Positions 11,846 through 24,100 of a DNA stretch of 64,000 nt are shown piece by piece. The notes below the pieces were generated by a model. That model ran no database searches. It had not been told where the DNA came from and was given only the letters and a program-made list of their open reading frames with translations. The stretch covers positions 25,296,001 to 25,360,000 of the forward strand of contig JBITNC010000002.1 of assembly GCA_050084985.1 (NCBI GenBank). Direction: 5' to 3'. Source of the stretch: Nageia nagi. Lineage: Eukaryota > Plantae > Pinophyta. Position numbers and translations under genes: made by a program. Each line of letters opens with the position of its first letter. The first letter of the stretch is position 1.

Positions 11846-14536
11846 CTATATTTTTGGGTAGCCCATGATTTTTGAATTTTCCCTAAAAAAAAGTTTAGCT
11901 ACCTGAATTGCAATAATAGTGGTGGAAACAGCAAAAAAGTCAGCGTATTTGGTAAACTTGTCCACTATTACCAGAATACAATCTTTACCTTGAACCTTGG
12001 GTAGAACAGTGATAAAATCCATCGAGATACTTTCCCATTTTTGTTCTGGAATGGTTAGAGGTTGTAGAAGTCCAGCAGGCAATGATTTTTCTTCCTTGTT
12101 TTGCTGACACATGGTGCATTCCCTCACATGTTGCAATATGTCCTCCTTGAGGCCCTTCCAAGCAAACCTTCCTCTCAAGAGTCTGTAGGTCTTGTAGTAT
12201 CCCGGATGCCCTGCCAATGGGACGTCATGAGTGGCTAAAAGAAGTTTTTTCTTGAATTTAGATTCAGGCACCAGAAAAATTCGTCCCTTGTACAAGATCA
12301 GTCCTTCCTGCAGTGTGTATCCCTCTTTCTGTAAACGTCCATCAATTATCTGTGAAGCAAATTCGTTCTTGGTGTGTTCTGCCATAATGGAGGTCTTCCA
12401 ATTGGAAATAATAGCAGAAAGTGAATAGGAGGGGTGCCTTGATAATGCATCAGCTGCCACATTCTTCTTCCCCTTGACATATTCTATATCAAAATCGTAT
12501 GCTTGTAGTTTGGTGACCCATTTTTGCTGCCTTTCATTTAAATCTTGCTGCCCCAAGAAATACTTCAAACTGTTATGGTCAGTTTTGACTACAAATTTCC
12601 CACATACCAGGTATTGCTTAAATTTGGCTAACGCATGCATGATGGCTAGCATTTCCTTGTCATAGATGCTAAAAGTTTGTTCCTGTTTAGTGAGCTTCCT
12701 GCTTTCATAAACAATAGGTCTTCCTTTTTGTGATAAAACAGCCCCAATACCTATTCCAGAGGCGTCACATTCTATAGTAAATGGTATAGAGAAATCAGGC
12801 ATAGCCAACATAGGACAAGTGGTCATTACCTCTTTTAACTTTTCAAAGGCCCTTTGAGCCTCATTGCTCCAAATGAAAGAATCTTTCTTGGTCAGATCTG
12901 TAAGTGGAAAAGCCAGCTGTGAGAATCCTTTGATGAACCGCCTGTAATAATTACACAACCCCAAAAATCCCCTTAAGTGTGTTAAATTGTTGGGGGTGGG
13001 CCATTCTTGAATTGAGGCAATCTTTGGTTGGTCAACTTGTACTCCTTCCTTGCTGATTACGTGCCCCAGATACATTACTTGAGTTAGGCCGAACTCACAC
13101 TTAGATTTTTTGGCAAAGAATTGGTGCCCCTTTAAGACACTTAGCACCACGTTCAAGTGTTGGAGATGCTCTTCCCATGTTTTGCTGTATACCAAGATAT
13201 CATCAAAGAAGACTAACACAAATTTTCTCAATTGTTCCCTAAAGATCTGATTCATGGCAGACTGGAAAGTAGCTGGAGCATTAGTTAATCCAAATGGCAT
13301 TACCAGAAATTCAAAATGTCCATAGTGACAACGGAAGGCTATTTTATGTACATCTTCATCTTTCATCTTTATTTGATGATATCCTGATCTAAGATCTATT
13401 TTGGAAAAATATTGAGCACCATGTAATTCATCAATTAATTCATCTACTCTAGGGATGGGATACCTGTTTTTGATAGTCTTCTTGTTGAGCAGCCGATAAT
13501 CTATGCACATCCTCATGGTTCCGTCCTTTTTCTTGACCAACACTACTAGAGATGCAAAGGGGCTAGTGCTGGGACGAATATATCCCATGTCTAGAAGTTC
13601 CTTAATGGTCTTCTCGATCTCATTTTTGAAAGCATGTGGATGCCTGTATGGTGTCACAATTACTGGTTTGGCCCTTGATTCTAACTCGATGTGATGCTCA
13701 AATCCTCTGCTGGGCGGAGGTTCTTTAGGGAGTTCTTCGAAAACTTTGCTGTGTTTCTTCAATATTCGTTGTATATCTGAATGGGCCCGATCTGACTTCT
13801 GCTGTGTTGAGATGGTGAATGTAGTGCTCCAGAGGACGTCATCTTTTTCTAGCTCTTTTTCGATCTCTTGTGAGGATACTTGTATAACTTCCATTCTCTT
13901 GAAAGTGGCACTTGGTGATGCTTTCCTCTTACTGTCTCGGAGCGTGATATCCTTTCCTTGATACTTGAATCTAATCTCACGAGTACAATAGTTGGTCTGG
14001 AATTCTCCAAGTGATTTGATCCATGGGGCTCCTAATACCATAGTGACGTCCTGCAAGGGATAGACCAAATATTCTCCTGTAAATGAATATTCCCCTATTT
14101 GAAAACCAAAATTGCTTACCCTCTGAGAACAGTTGGTGACTTCATCTTTGGAGTTAGAGACACAAAAATCCCCGTCATTGTTACATGCTATTTGTTGTTG
14201 CTGGACGAATTCTGAGCTGATGAAGTTGTGCGTGGCCTTCCCATCAATCATGATTTTTACTGGAATATTTCCAAATTTTGCTTTTAAATAAAACGCAGAG
14301 GGATGTGATGTACCATGTACTGAAGCAGGGGTAGGAGGTGGATCTGAAGATTTTTCCTTAAATACCTTCATGTAATGATGATGTCTTTGCCCTTTACAGG
14401 TGTGTCCGGAGATCCATTCGCTTTGACAAAACCAACATAATTTGATCATCGTCCTTCCTGAATTGGTGCAATCTCCTCTTTTCATTTTTTCCAGGTTGGC
14501 AGGAAACTGGCTCTGATACCATTGTAATATCCCCAA
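11846..14536 (-). CDS. Gypsy Pol polyprotein (Gag C-terminal Cys/His motif, protease, RT, RNase H, integrase N-part); first ATG 14485
   Basis: [14 protein letters not shown]; [10 protein letters not shown]; [30 protein letters not shown]; ECDASG..GAVL; H..P.AGHPG...[12 protein letters not shown]. Confidence 0.93.
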   Translation of the reverse strand: MGILQWYQSQFPANLEKMKRGDCTNSGRTMIKLCWFCQSEWISGHTCKGQRHHHYMKVFKEKSSDPPPTPASVHGTSHPSAFYLKAKFGNIPVKIMIDGKATHNFISSEFVQQQQIACNNDGDFCVSNSKDEVTNCSQRVSNFGFQIGEYSFTGEYLVYPLQDVTMVLGAPWIKSLGEFQTNYCTREIRFKYQGKDITLRDSKRKASPSATFKRMEVIQVSSQEIEKELEKDDVLWSTTFTISTQQKSDRAHSDIQRILKKHSKVFEELPKEPPPSRGFEHHIELESRAKPVIVTPYRHPHAFKNEIEKTIKELLDMGYIRPSTSPFASLVVLVKKKDGTMRMCIDYRLLNKKTIKNRYPIPRVDELIDELHGAQYFSKIDLRSGYHQIKMKDEDVHKIAFRCHYGHFEFLVMPFGLTNAPATFQSAMNQIFREQLRKFVLVFFDDILVYSKTWEEHLQHLNVVLSVLKGHQFFAKKSKCEFGLTQVMYLGHVISKEGVQVDQPKIASIQEWPTPNNLTHLRGFLGLCNYYRRFIKGFSQLAFPLTDLTKKDSFIWSNEAQRAFEKLKEVMTTCPMLAMPDFSIPFTIECDASGIGIGAVLSQKGRPIVYESRKLTKQEQTFSIYDKEMLAIMHALAKFKQYLVCGKFVVKTDHNSLKYFLGQQDLNERQQKWVTKLQAYDFDIEYVKGKKNVAADALSRHPSYSLSAIISNWKTSIMAEHTKNEFASQIIDGRLQKEGYTLQEGLILYKGRIFLVPESKFKKKLLLATHDVPLAGHPGYYKTYRLLRGRFAWKGLKEDILQHVRECTMCQQNKEEKSLPAGLLQPLTIPEQKWESISMDFITVLPKVQGKDCILVIVDKFTKYADFFAVSTTIIAIQVAKLFFRENSKIMGYPKI

Positions 14537-15609
14537 AGCTCACAAAATGCGATTTTTGTTAAAGTGTAATATTCCAAAGTTGAAATATCACTACTTAGGA
14601 ATTTATATATATTTTTATATTTTTCTATCTAGCTCAATTCAAATCAAATCTGCAAATTGAACAAGAAATAGAGCCAGAAATGAATTTTATTTTTCAAGAG
14701 CTGGGACGTCCCAAATGGACAAGTACAATACTCAAGGAAAAATACCCAAATGCTCAAGAAAGGGGACATTTGCCCTCACAAGGCAGATTTGGACGATCTG
14801 GCCCTGCAAGTTCTTCATCCTCTTCTCCCCAAGGCTGGACGAGCCTCCTCACACTGATTTGGCAGGTTAGATCTGGATCTGGAATATGGCCGCACTGGCT
14901 GGATCTGGAACTGCCCCACTGGCTGGATCTGGATCTGCCCCACTGGCTGGATCTGGATCAAGGACGGAATAGTTCCACCACACTGGCTCGAGCTATTCTA
15001 GCAACTCCACCTCACTGGCTCGAGCTACTCTAGCAACTCCACCTCACTGGCTCGAGCTACTGTCCTAGCTTAGGTAAGAACTCCACACTGGCTAGAGCTC
15101 TCCCACTAAGCTAGCATGGAAAGCTGCAACTCCACTAGCTGCTAACCTCCGGAAAGAGATAAACTTTGATGATCTTCAAGCATGCCCCAAATGATGCGTC
15201 CCATCTCCTTTTATAATAAGATCTCTCATACCTTGGAATCACCCAAAGTGCAACGTCCCTCTTCTGGTGTCTTGGGATGACAAATTAAATCATCTAGGGA
15301 CCTAGGAAGCCCAACGTCCCACAATGGTTGCCTAGAGATGCCAAATTACAAGATCAATGGCTCATAAATGCAACGTCCCATTATGAGAGACTAATATTGC
15401 ATTAATTACAAATAATTGAGCCAGATCAATTAAATAGAATCCAAGGGTGAGTGCTTCAAGGGTCTCTTTAGCCTTGGTTACAGAAATAAATGCAAAATAT
15501 TAATAAAATACTTTTAAATTAATTTATTTTTGGTTTCTCCTCCTTTGCCATGAACGTCACACTCCAAGAGGAGAGGAAGTGGACGTTTTACAAATTTGGG
15601 GACATTACA
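14523..15609 (-). repeat. Gypsy 5' LTR (1087 bp)
   Basis: Adjacent to the PBS; near-identical to 9865-10967. Confidence 0.95.
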
Positions 15610-15614
15610 CCAGA

Positions 15615-16232
15615 CATTTCATTTGCGGTTGGAATTCTCATTCGGTTTATGCAAAAACCGTATGAAGGACATTGGAATGCAACAAAAAGAGTTCTTTGAT
15701 ATTTGAAAGGCACATAGGAATTAGGGCTCATGTATTCCAAAGTAGGAGACTTCAAATTAATTGGATATATAGATTCAGACTTTGATGGTGACAAAGAAAA
15801 AGGAGTTTCGACTTCAGGATATGCCATAAGTCTTGGATAGCAGCTATCTCTTGGAGATGATAAAAGCAATCCGTTTCGGTAGATTCCACTATAGAGGCAG
15901 AGTATGTGGTTGCTGCAGAAGCAACAAAGGAGATTGTGTGGCTCAGGAAGATACTGGAAGATTTGCAAGAAAAACAGGTGAATCCAACTCCACTTCTCAT
16001 TGATAATATTTCTGCAATTCAATTGGCTAAGAATCCGAAGTTTCATGATCGAACAAAGCACATCAACACAAAATATCATTTGATTCGACATCATGTAGAG
16101 GTCAAGACAATTCAAGTGAAACATTGTCCCACAGATGAGCAAACAGCAGACATCTTCACCAAGGCACTTGGAAGAGAAAAGTTTGAGAAGTTCAGAAAGA
16201 TGCTTGGACTTACCAACTCCCCTTCGGATTAA
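15615..16232 (+). pseudogene. Copia pol continuation: RT end and RNase H
   Basis: Resumes RPD|ISFAVG after the Gypsy TSD; GYIDSDFDGD, EAEYVV, DNISAIQLAKNPKFHDRTKHI, ADIFTKAL; several stops. Confidence 0.92.
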
Positions 16233-16240
16233 GGGGGGAA

Positions 16241-16485
16241 TGTTAGACACCTAATCCTTAGGGATTATGGTATAGTTAGTATAGTATTAGATACTATATT
16301 TAGTAAATTCGTAGCTTTGAGTGTGCTAGAATTTAGAGAGTCATTTCTTGTAGAATATGAGGAGTTACAATGTATCTCAAAGGTCACCCAAGAAAGGGAA
16401 GATGAAGAGTGTTTCTCAAATTGTATTTACATAATATTCTACATTAATGGAATGCTTTTTGATCTTGGAGTTATCCGGCTTGTCA
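16241..16485 (+). repeat. Copia 3' LTR (245 bp)
   Basis: Follows the PPT; followed by TSD ATAAA. Confidence 0.95.
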
Positions 16486-17604
16486 ATAAACAAACCATGT
16501 TGTAGAATGTTTCTTAAATACAATTGCCTTCGAAACTATTGGGAGGGGAAGTGTTAACAACTTTCTATTTATTACACCGAGAGGCATCCTACAATGGCAG
16601 ACAAGGGGGAAGAGAGATCCCAAATGTCTGTCCAATGTTTAACAATAGGCCAATGACAAAAATTTAAAAACATAAAAAAATACAATAACGAATCGATTAT
16701 ATTCCAAATATTTTATATAAATACAAGTAATAACAACATAAAATGAATAAATGAAATTGACATTGTGATTATTGTGAACTGTAAAATTCCAGTACAGAGG
16801 GCAGCGCACCGTACATTGACCACAAGACTTTATGTAAATTTGCCCATTGCTTCCATTTATAAATCTTTACAAGTACTATTTCATTGCAAAAAATCTACCG
16901 CATTGTTACAGATAAGACTAATTCGCATAAAATATTTCTGTAATTATTTTGCATATTTGACCTATTTGTTGTTTTCACTATCATTTCACTCCTGAATCAC
17001 AGTAATAATAAATGATTTGAGTTCTATCTTAAGATAAGCTTAGTTAAGGATTGTATAAAGCTATATGGCAAGGCTTATACAGTCTGACATGCATTTGATC
17101 ACATATACTACATGTTCTGAACACAACAATAAAAGCATAATTTGATCAACATTTTAAGCATACTCACATTAAAACAAACCTTTACAGAAGTTACTGGGCT
17201 GGGCAGGAGCGCAGAAGAGCATATGCATATCTTACAAAAGATTTAATAAATCCAAACATGTCATTCAAGCTTCAGCCAAATAACTTATAATATGATATTT
17301 TAATATTTATAGAATAGATAGTTTTAGATTATTAAAATTTAAGATTGTGCATTGATAATGACATAATGATACACATTGGCCTGAAATGGCTGTTTTTTTT
17401 TATGCAACACTGAAACAATAATTTCCAATTGACCAGTTATGTAATTGATTACATGCAAAAAAACTAATAACATAATTAATCATAAATCCATGCAAAGTGA
17501 AGTTATAACCTGCAAAGAATGTTAGCTTGCATACGTAGTGCAGAAATAAGAACTCCTTCATAGTGAAGCACAAGTTTTTGTTGACAATGGCTTGGACAAG
17601 TTGG

Positions 17605-19096
17605 ATACTAGGTTAGATATCTTAGTGGTATATCTTAAAACGTCGAGAGGTATTAATATCGAGGCACTTATTGTGATGATCCCGAACTGGCAAATCATGC
17701 TCAAAAGTGCCCTAAGAGAGGGACATTGGGTTTGGAGCTTTGAATCTAGCTAATACATCTCAAAAATATCCAAACACTCCAACGTCTAGCTAATTATGAT
17801 GGAAATTCAAATTGAACCACAAAATATCTCCAAAAACCGAAATAGCACTTAAGGAAGCAAATGAATATTTAACTATGAAATTACTCTTTCAGATCCAACG
17901 TCCACGCACAAGGAGACAAATAGCAAAATGTAGACAACAAGTGTAATTGTTATGATAGAACAAGATAGTAGTGCAATTACAATGTTTTTGTTCCTAAGGA
18001 GCTTACACCAAGGTTGCCTCCAATAGGGTTATTGTGGATGGCTCCAAGGTGTCACCAATCACAATAGTAGCAAGGCCAAGCCCAGGGCTTCCTTACTCCT
18101 CTATGATAGAACCAACATTGTTCCTCTCCCGAATGGTCGGAGTAAGCTCAATGCTAGCCTTCAATCACCTTGAGACCTTAAATGCAAATTGCTCCACAAG
18201 TGGCAAAGAAATAGTTCTCACACTCAATCCGATAAAAGGGGGTTTAATAATCAATTCAACATATTTTGAGTAATCCAACAATCCTCCTTATATAGGAGAG
18301 GTAGTCCGTCTTCTAATCTTGCATTGAGTTGATCTAATGGTGAGGAGAGGTGATTCGTGTGCTTGTGTGTCAACGTCCAAGATGGAGAGCCTTGGGATAA
18401 ACGAGATCACATCCAAGGGCCTAGAAATGCAACGTTGGAATAATAGGGCCTTTAATGCTTCCCAGAATCAATGCCATGGACAAAGATGCCTCTTGGGGTG
18501 TGACGTTAGGTCTTGGAGTGACTAAATTCCCAACGTGGGTTCTTGGGGTCCACATAAGCCCAACTTTTAAGGAGAAGAGCTCATAAATACCTCGTGATGC
18601 CAAATCCCTCTCTAGATGTGCCACGTCCAAGCTTGGGTGTCCTTGTGATGCCTTGAAATCGGTGTAATCACTAAGGTGGATGCTCTATCTCGAAGAGGGG
18701 AGCATTAATGACATTCATCAAGACTAAAAATACGCAACGCCTCATTACTGGAGACTAATATTGCATTTACAAATATAATTGCCTTGGTATCATTAATAAA
18801 TATTATTGGCATAATTAGGCACCCAACTCTACATAATGAACTAATAAAAAGGTCCATGGTTCCATAATTAGAGCATTTAACTAAGGCTCCAATTGGAACT
18901 TACAATAATTGACCAAAAACTACTAAAATATACAAAATCATGCCTAAGCTAATGTTCCCATTTATCAGAGGTGAAATGGGGAAAACACCATAAAAATGGG
19001 GACATTACACCTATATTGGAAATCACTCTTCCAAGAAAATGAGATAGACACCTCAATATGATACCTCTCGGCTTTTTTAGATATCTAAGCTAGTAT
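17605..19096. repeat. Small foldback/MITE-like inverted repeat (arms 17605-17671 and 19044-19096) split by a solo LTR
   Basis: ATACTAGGTTAGATATCT..AAAACGTCGAGAGGTATTAATATCGAGG versus reverse complement ATACTAGCTTAGATATCTAAAAAAGCCGAGAGGTATCATATTGAGG. Confidence 0.65.
17672..19009 (-). mobile_element. Solo LTR, Gypsy-type (1338 bp)
   Basis: TGTGATGATCCC...GGGGACATTACA termini (right end as in the nested Gypsy LTR); TSD CTTAT/CCTAT (4/5); no internal domains. Confidence 0.78.
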
Positions 19097-19649
19097 GTAG
19101 TGAGTCATGACAATTTAAGTGATTAAAATGGGTGAATGGTAGGAGAATCTAGGCTTCAAGATGATGACAATTTGACATTTCACTTGGAGATGTGCTTGGG
19201 CCAAGGCAAGTAAATAAAGCAGGGATTGTGTTTGTTAATTGGGTTCCATAGATCTAATTGATGTATGTTCATGTTTCGTTCATTAAATAAGAAAAGGGAC
19301 CCAAGACCTAAGACAAATGTTAAGGCATGGCACATGGGATAAGGTGTGAGGTTCATAACAAGTAGGAAAGGAGACTGTGGCCCATTGATTTTCATAATTA
19401 GATCCACATCTTTAGTACATGCAATGCTTTTATTAGTAGACATTGCAAAACTTAAGATAGCTGCAAAGTCATCCTTGGGTCATTGTTTGGTCGTTTACCT
19501 CATACATTGGGGACAACATGGATTAGTGGAATATGGCAATCGGACGGGAACTGCTTTCTAGGGGTTGGGATTAGGGTAGATTACCGTCATCACAACTACC
19601 ATCACCATCTTAATTGCAATACGCAATTGTCAATGTATTCCAAGTTATT

Positions 19650-20550
19650 GACGTGCAATGGAACTTCTCATTCTTGATGTTTCCAAAGGCTGTCAAATAG
19701 CACCAATTATGCACACCTTGAATGACTTTTTTGTGCAAAATTCTTAACCGACATCAACAACATTAATTGAGCATTTTTACACTTCTAATACCTTTTTATA
19801 GACTCATGACATGGATGACAATACCATGGCAAAATATCTTAAAAGTAAGCTCTTGCCCAATTTAGTTCTCACTTATCCAGACTTCATGCTTGGCCTTAGT
19901 TAGGATAATTGACCCAGTGACAATTATTTAAAAATTTACAACGAATTTCTAATTTTAACTAGTCTACATAACAATTAATAATACGTGACAAAAACATGAA
20001 AGCTAAAATAATATAAAACTTACAATGAAATAAAAAGACACAACTCTTCACAATAACTCATCGCACATGATATGGAAGACACTTAGAGAACCAAAGATAT
20101 AACACACTTTTAAGAGTCATCTTTTATGATTTGACGTAAACCTAATTTATAATGTCATGGACTTCTTTGGCAATGAACTATGGAATTGCGGATGAATCTC
20201 ACAGCTCCAAATAAATCAGGAATTGAACACTTATTTGGACCATTCAAATCACACGAGAACTTACAAGAGCTTGGACTGAAACTGTATTTAGATCAAATGT
20301 GTTATTTTGGATAAGATACATGAAACATAGGTTGGAAAAAATCAGGTTTGGAGATGTGATACAAAAGTGATATAAACATTTGACACCCTTTCCATCAACG
20401 GGTGTGCATTTAAAGATACTTCCTTTATGACAAAAATGATGAAGCAAACAATCTTGATCAATGACATGAAGCTTTAATTCTAAAACTCTTTCTATTTGAG
20501 TAGATAATGTTTCATAATACACGAAATATCCAATTGGATTCATGGAAATG
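19650..20550 (-). mobile_element. Highly degenerate DNA-transposon-like (possibly hAT) remnant
   Basis: Fragmentary minus-strand peptides (PVDGKGVKCLY..NLIFSNLCFM; KKVLE) loosely resemble hAT transposases; no termini found. Confidence 0.25.
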
Positions 20551-21184
20551 TGTCCTCCTCTTTGAAAAGAATTTCAAAATAACGAAAACAAAGCAATAAA
20601 CTTTCAGCCATGCGTTGTTTTGGCCTTGTCAATTATTTTAGTACACACTAATTACAATACGAGGCCTTTCTCTTTTGATAATTTTCATGCCAATGCATTA
20701 CTTCTGCTAGTGGGTAGTTAATTTTAGATTATACAATTAACAAAGTACTTCACAATAGAATCAAGGATTGAACAATTATACTTTCAACGCTAGAAGTGAA
20801 AATCATTCATATTACAATGAGAACGACATTACAAAGCAAAAATTCTTATTTCTATGAAAGAAATGAACTTGTTTATCATGCGAGGAGCATCAAATCACTT
20901 AGTGTCAATCCAAAAACCAATTCCACACACCCATTATAATGGAGCCACACCAACAAAGAGCATTTTTACAAGCATGAACTTTTGATCGCTCTTCCTTTGA
21001 ACAAGAGAGCATGAATACCTTAACATTCTTATGGGATTCAAATCTCATACTCATACTCAATAAAGGAAAGGAAAGTATATTAATGTCCTCGGATGAGCAA
21101 AACCGATCAATGGGACTAGCATGTACAAGCATGGGCAAAAATCCAATAAAGTCCCTAATGGGCAACTCCTAAGAAGCACCTAAA

Positions 21185-24100
21185 AATAACATAAAAAATA
21201 CATTCGTGAAAAAAGATACAAACCCTAAAGGAAGGGAGAAACAAAAACTAAGACAAACAAAGAAGGGCTGTCTTGGGCCTCTCCAAGGGAGAGTATACAA
21301 GTGCTCTTTGTCCCAATGAGGGCGCAAGCTGGTCTTTGAGGGTTGTGTTTGTGATATTCTTGTTGGAGGGAAAGAAAGATGAGATCGATTGAGTCCTCAA
21401 TGACAATTGTGTCCTGGAGGCATCTCTTGGTACGATGTGGGGCATGAAGGGTCATCACAACATCTCCTGTAGCCCTCCTTTGTGGAAGAAGCTTGAAAAC
21501 AAGATGTAATATGACATTCGTCCATCAAATGTTGAGTGTGAGCTAGAAGGTGCCTTTGTAGGAGGAAGGCCTCTCGAAAATTAAAGAGCCAAACAACATT
21601 GATTGGGGTATTGGAGGAATGTAGATAACAAGCCATGAGAGTCTTGGAAGAGGCAATGATATCAACCTCGTATCTCATAATTGATTGAGCATCGAAAGAC
21701 AAAATGCTCAGTATCAAGAGAGCAAAGGCAACATACTTGTAAATCTCGAGTAGGATGGTGGTTCGTCTCGATCCTCAACTGATGGGAGCAAACCCGAAAC
21801 TGTCTAAGAACATCCTCAATCCAAGAGGAAGATGTAAGTTGATGTAACAGGTGGGAGGATCAATCTATTATCGATTTGAAGGTAGTGATGTACATAATGC
21901 ACCGACTTGGGTGCCAATGGTTGTGAGGAAGAAACCCAAGTGGTTTGGATGAAGGCTCTATAGATCATCTTTTGGGTTGCAGTCAAAGAATCTATTGATA
22001 ACCTAGGCAGCTTGTTTGGAGAGAAGCCAAATCTCCATAGTGTCTTGGTAACCTTAGCATACCAAAATCGATGATAGCCTTGGGCATCTAAGTGGATCAA
22101 GGAAGAAAGGGCTTTAGAAGGAAGTCTAGTAGTACCTTCGCGGTCAGATAGATTTTGGATATGATAGAGAAAGAGGACTAAGTAAGTAATTGCTCACACC
22201 TGAAGAGGTTGATAGTCGAATATTGCAAACATGATAAGGTGAGGTACCATCCTCTTACTACAAATGGAATGAGATAAAGTACTGATCAAAATCCTTTGTA
22301 TCGTTGTCCAATTTGCTGCTTTCAAACTAGGTTGCTAGACCTCCACTCTATATAATACCGTGGGGATGACTAGAGTATAAAAAAAATCTAGTTTGGACAG
22401 GATGTCCAGGAAGTGTGATTGGATGCATTGTCTTTCTAAGGTAGAAATTGTTGCATAACCTCGACGAACTCTAGGTGGTATAAAGGTCCTCATGAAGAAC
22501 ATAGAACCCAAAAAGAGCACTCCTAGATAGGTGTAAGAGATGGTTGTCTTGATGATATTATCATGGAAGGTGATATGAGTCTTGTCTAGTGTGGCTTTCG
22601 AAACATTGAAGCCCAAAACCTTAGTCTTGCTAAGGTTAACCTTAAGCTCCTATTTGGTATTGAAAGTATAATGCGTCCATCAAACTTGGTGTTGAAAGTG
22701 TAATGTGTCCATCAAACTTGGTGTTGAAAGTGTAATGTGTGCATCAAACCCTGTAAACCCTTGATTGAATGGGAAAGTAGCACAATATCATCATCAAAGA
22801 GGAGGATAGGTACTCAATTGTCATGAAGAAGGCCACCTAACTCAGGATCTGTGGTCTTTAGAATAGACTCCAACTTGTTTATGCATATGCCAAACAAAGT
22901 CGAGAGATAGGGAAACTCTATTTCACCCAATCGTGTTAAGAATATTGTTTGAGAGCCCTTAGAAGTACAAATACGACCTGAAAGAGTCTCATATAATATC
23001 AAAATGACTATGGGTCCAATGTTCGGTACACCCAATCTTTGCAGGGAACAATGTTGAAGGCTTTCTTAAAGTCCACGAAGCATCCAAAGATTGTGGACTT
23101 TTTAAATCTAGCCTCCTCAATGATCCCTTGGAGAGTAAGAACATGTTCTATGGTGCGATGGTCCTTACGAAAACTTGCCTAGCCTCTTGCTTTGAATCCT
23201 CTAACATCGACCATCTACGAAATGTAATCCTCAATGATTGTGGCATTTAGCTTGGCAAGGGTATGACATATCATGATGGTGTGGTAGTTGCTTAGCTTGT
23301 TGTGGTCTTCGGATTTGAAGATGAGGTGGATGATGTTTGAGTTCTAGGAAGAGGGGAACCCAAGAAGATGACATTGTTGAAGAGCTTGGAGAGGAAAGGG
23401 GGAATGGTGAATTTGACATGCTTAAGAAATTTGACTTGGAGGTTCTCAATGTTTGAAGCTTTTCCCGGATTAAGTCTTCGAACATCGATGAGGATGAGAG
23501 GAGGAAAGAAGAAAACTTAAAATAAGGGGATGGGAGAAATGAATGGGCAAGTTTTGGTTGGGAATATTGTAAAGATGGGAGGCGTAATTCCTCTAGGCAT
23601 GAAGAGAGATGGTGTTCTAGACGTGTTTTTTTTTGTAAGAAGGATCACCAAAACGATTTGGAGTTGGAGTGGAGGGAAGTAAGGACATCTAATTCCTTTA
23701 GGCTAAAAAGTGATATTTCTTAGTCCTAAGGAGACAATGTTACGAGCGGTGAAGGGTGGTAGTGGAGGGGACAAGGGTGTAATAGACCATCAAAGGTGGT
23801 GATGGGTGTGCTTACAATCAAAATCAAACGAATGGTTCATCAGACAATGGCCAGGAAGGTGGCAGTGGGGATGGGGGCAAGATTTGTGGGGGAAAGCTTG
23901 GAGGGTTGCGAAGTAGAGGGAATTTGCTACTAAGAGTGCTTGGTAATCTATTGAGCGGAGGGAATGTAAGCCAATGACCTTATGCTTTAAGATACTATTG
24001 TAGAGGAGGTCATGGATCGAGTTGAAATTGATGGTCGTGTGAGAAGAGTTGTGGATGCAGGGGACAATATGGGGAGGTGGCGAGAGGTGGTCTAACAAAG

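Larger units (their letters stand above)
9865..15609 (-). mobile_element. Ty3/Gypsy chromovirus-type LTR retrotransposon nested in Copia RT
   Basis: LTRs 9865-10967 and 14523-15609 (TGTAAT...ATTACA); TSD CCAGA both sides; PBS TGGTATCAGAGCC on minus strand (14509-14521); PPT ~10971-10981; PR-RT-RH-IN-chromodomain order. Confidence 0.97.
5426..16485 (+). mobile_element. Ty1/Copia LTR retrotransposon (defective; internal deletion; interrupted by nested Gypsy)
   Basis: TG..CA LTRs 5426-5674 and 16241-16485; TSD ATAAA both sides; PBS TGGTACCAGAGCC 5676-5688; PPT AAGGGGGGAA 16231-16240; gag-IN-RT-RNase H order. Confidence 0.96.

Noticed and set aside
14680-15033. ORF with PHWLDLDL repeats
   Set aside because: It is antisense within the Gypsy LTR, arises from 24-bp DNA repeats, and is truncated in the other LTR
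15588-16250. 220-aa minus-strand ORF
   Set aside because: Antisense shadow of Copia RNase H that crosses element boundaries
22654-22749. 32-bp repeats as a CRISPR-like array
   Set aside because: No spacers, eukaryotic context; a simple tandem triplication in LINE RT
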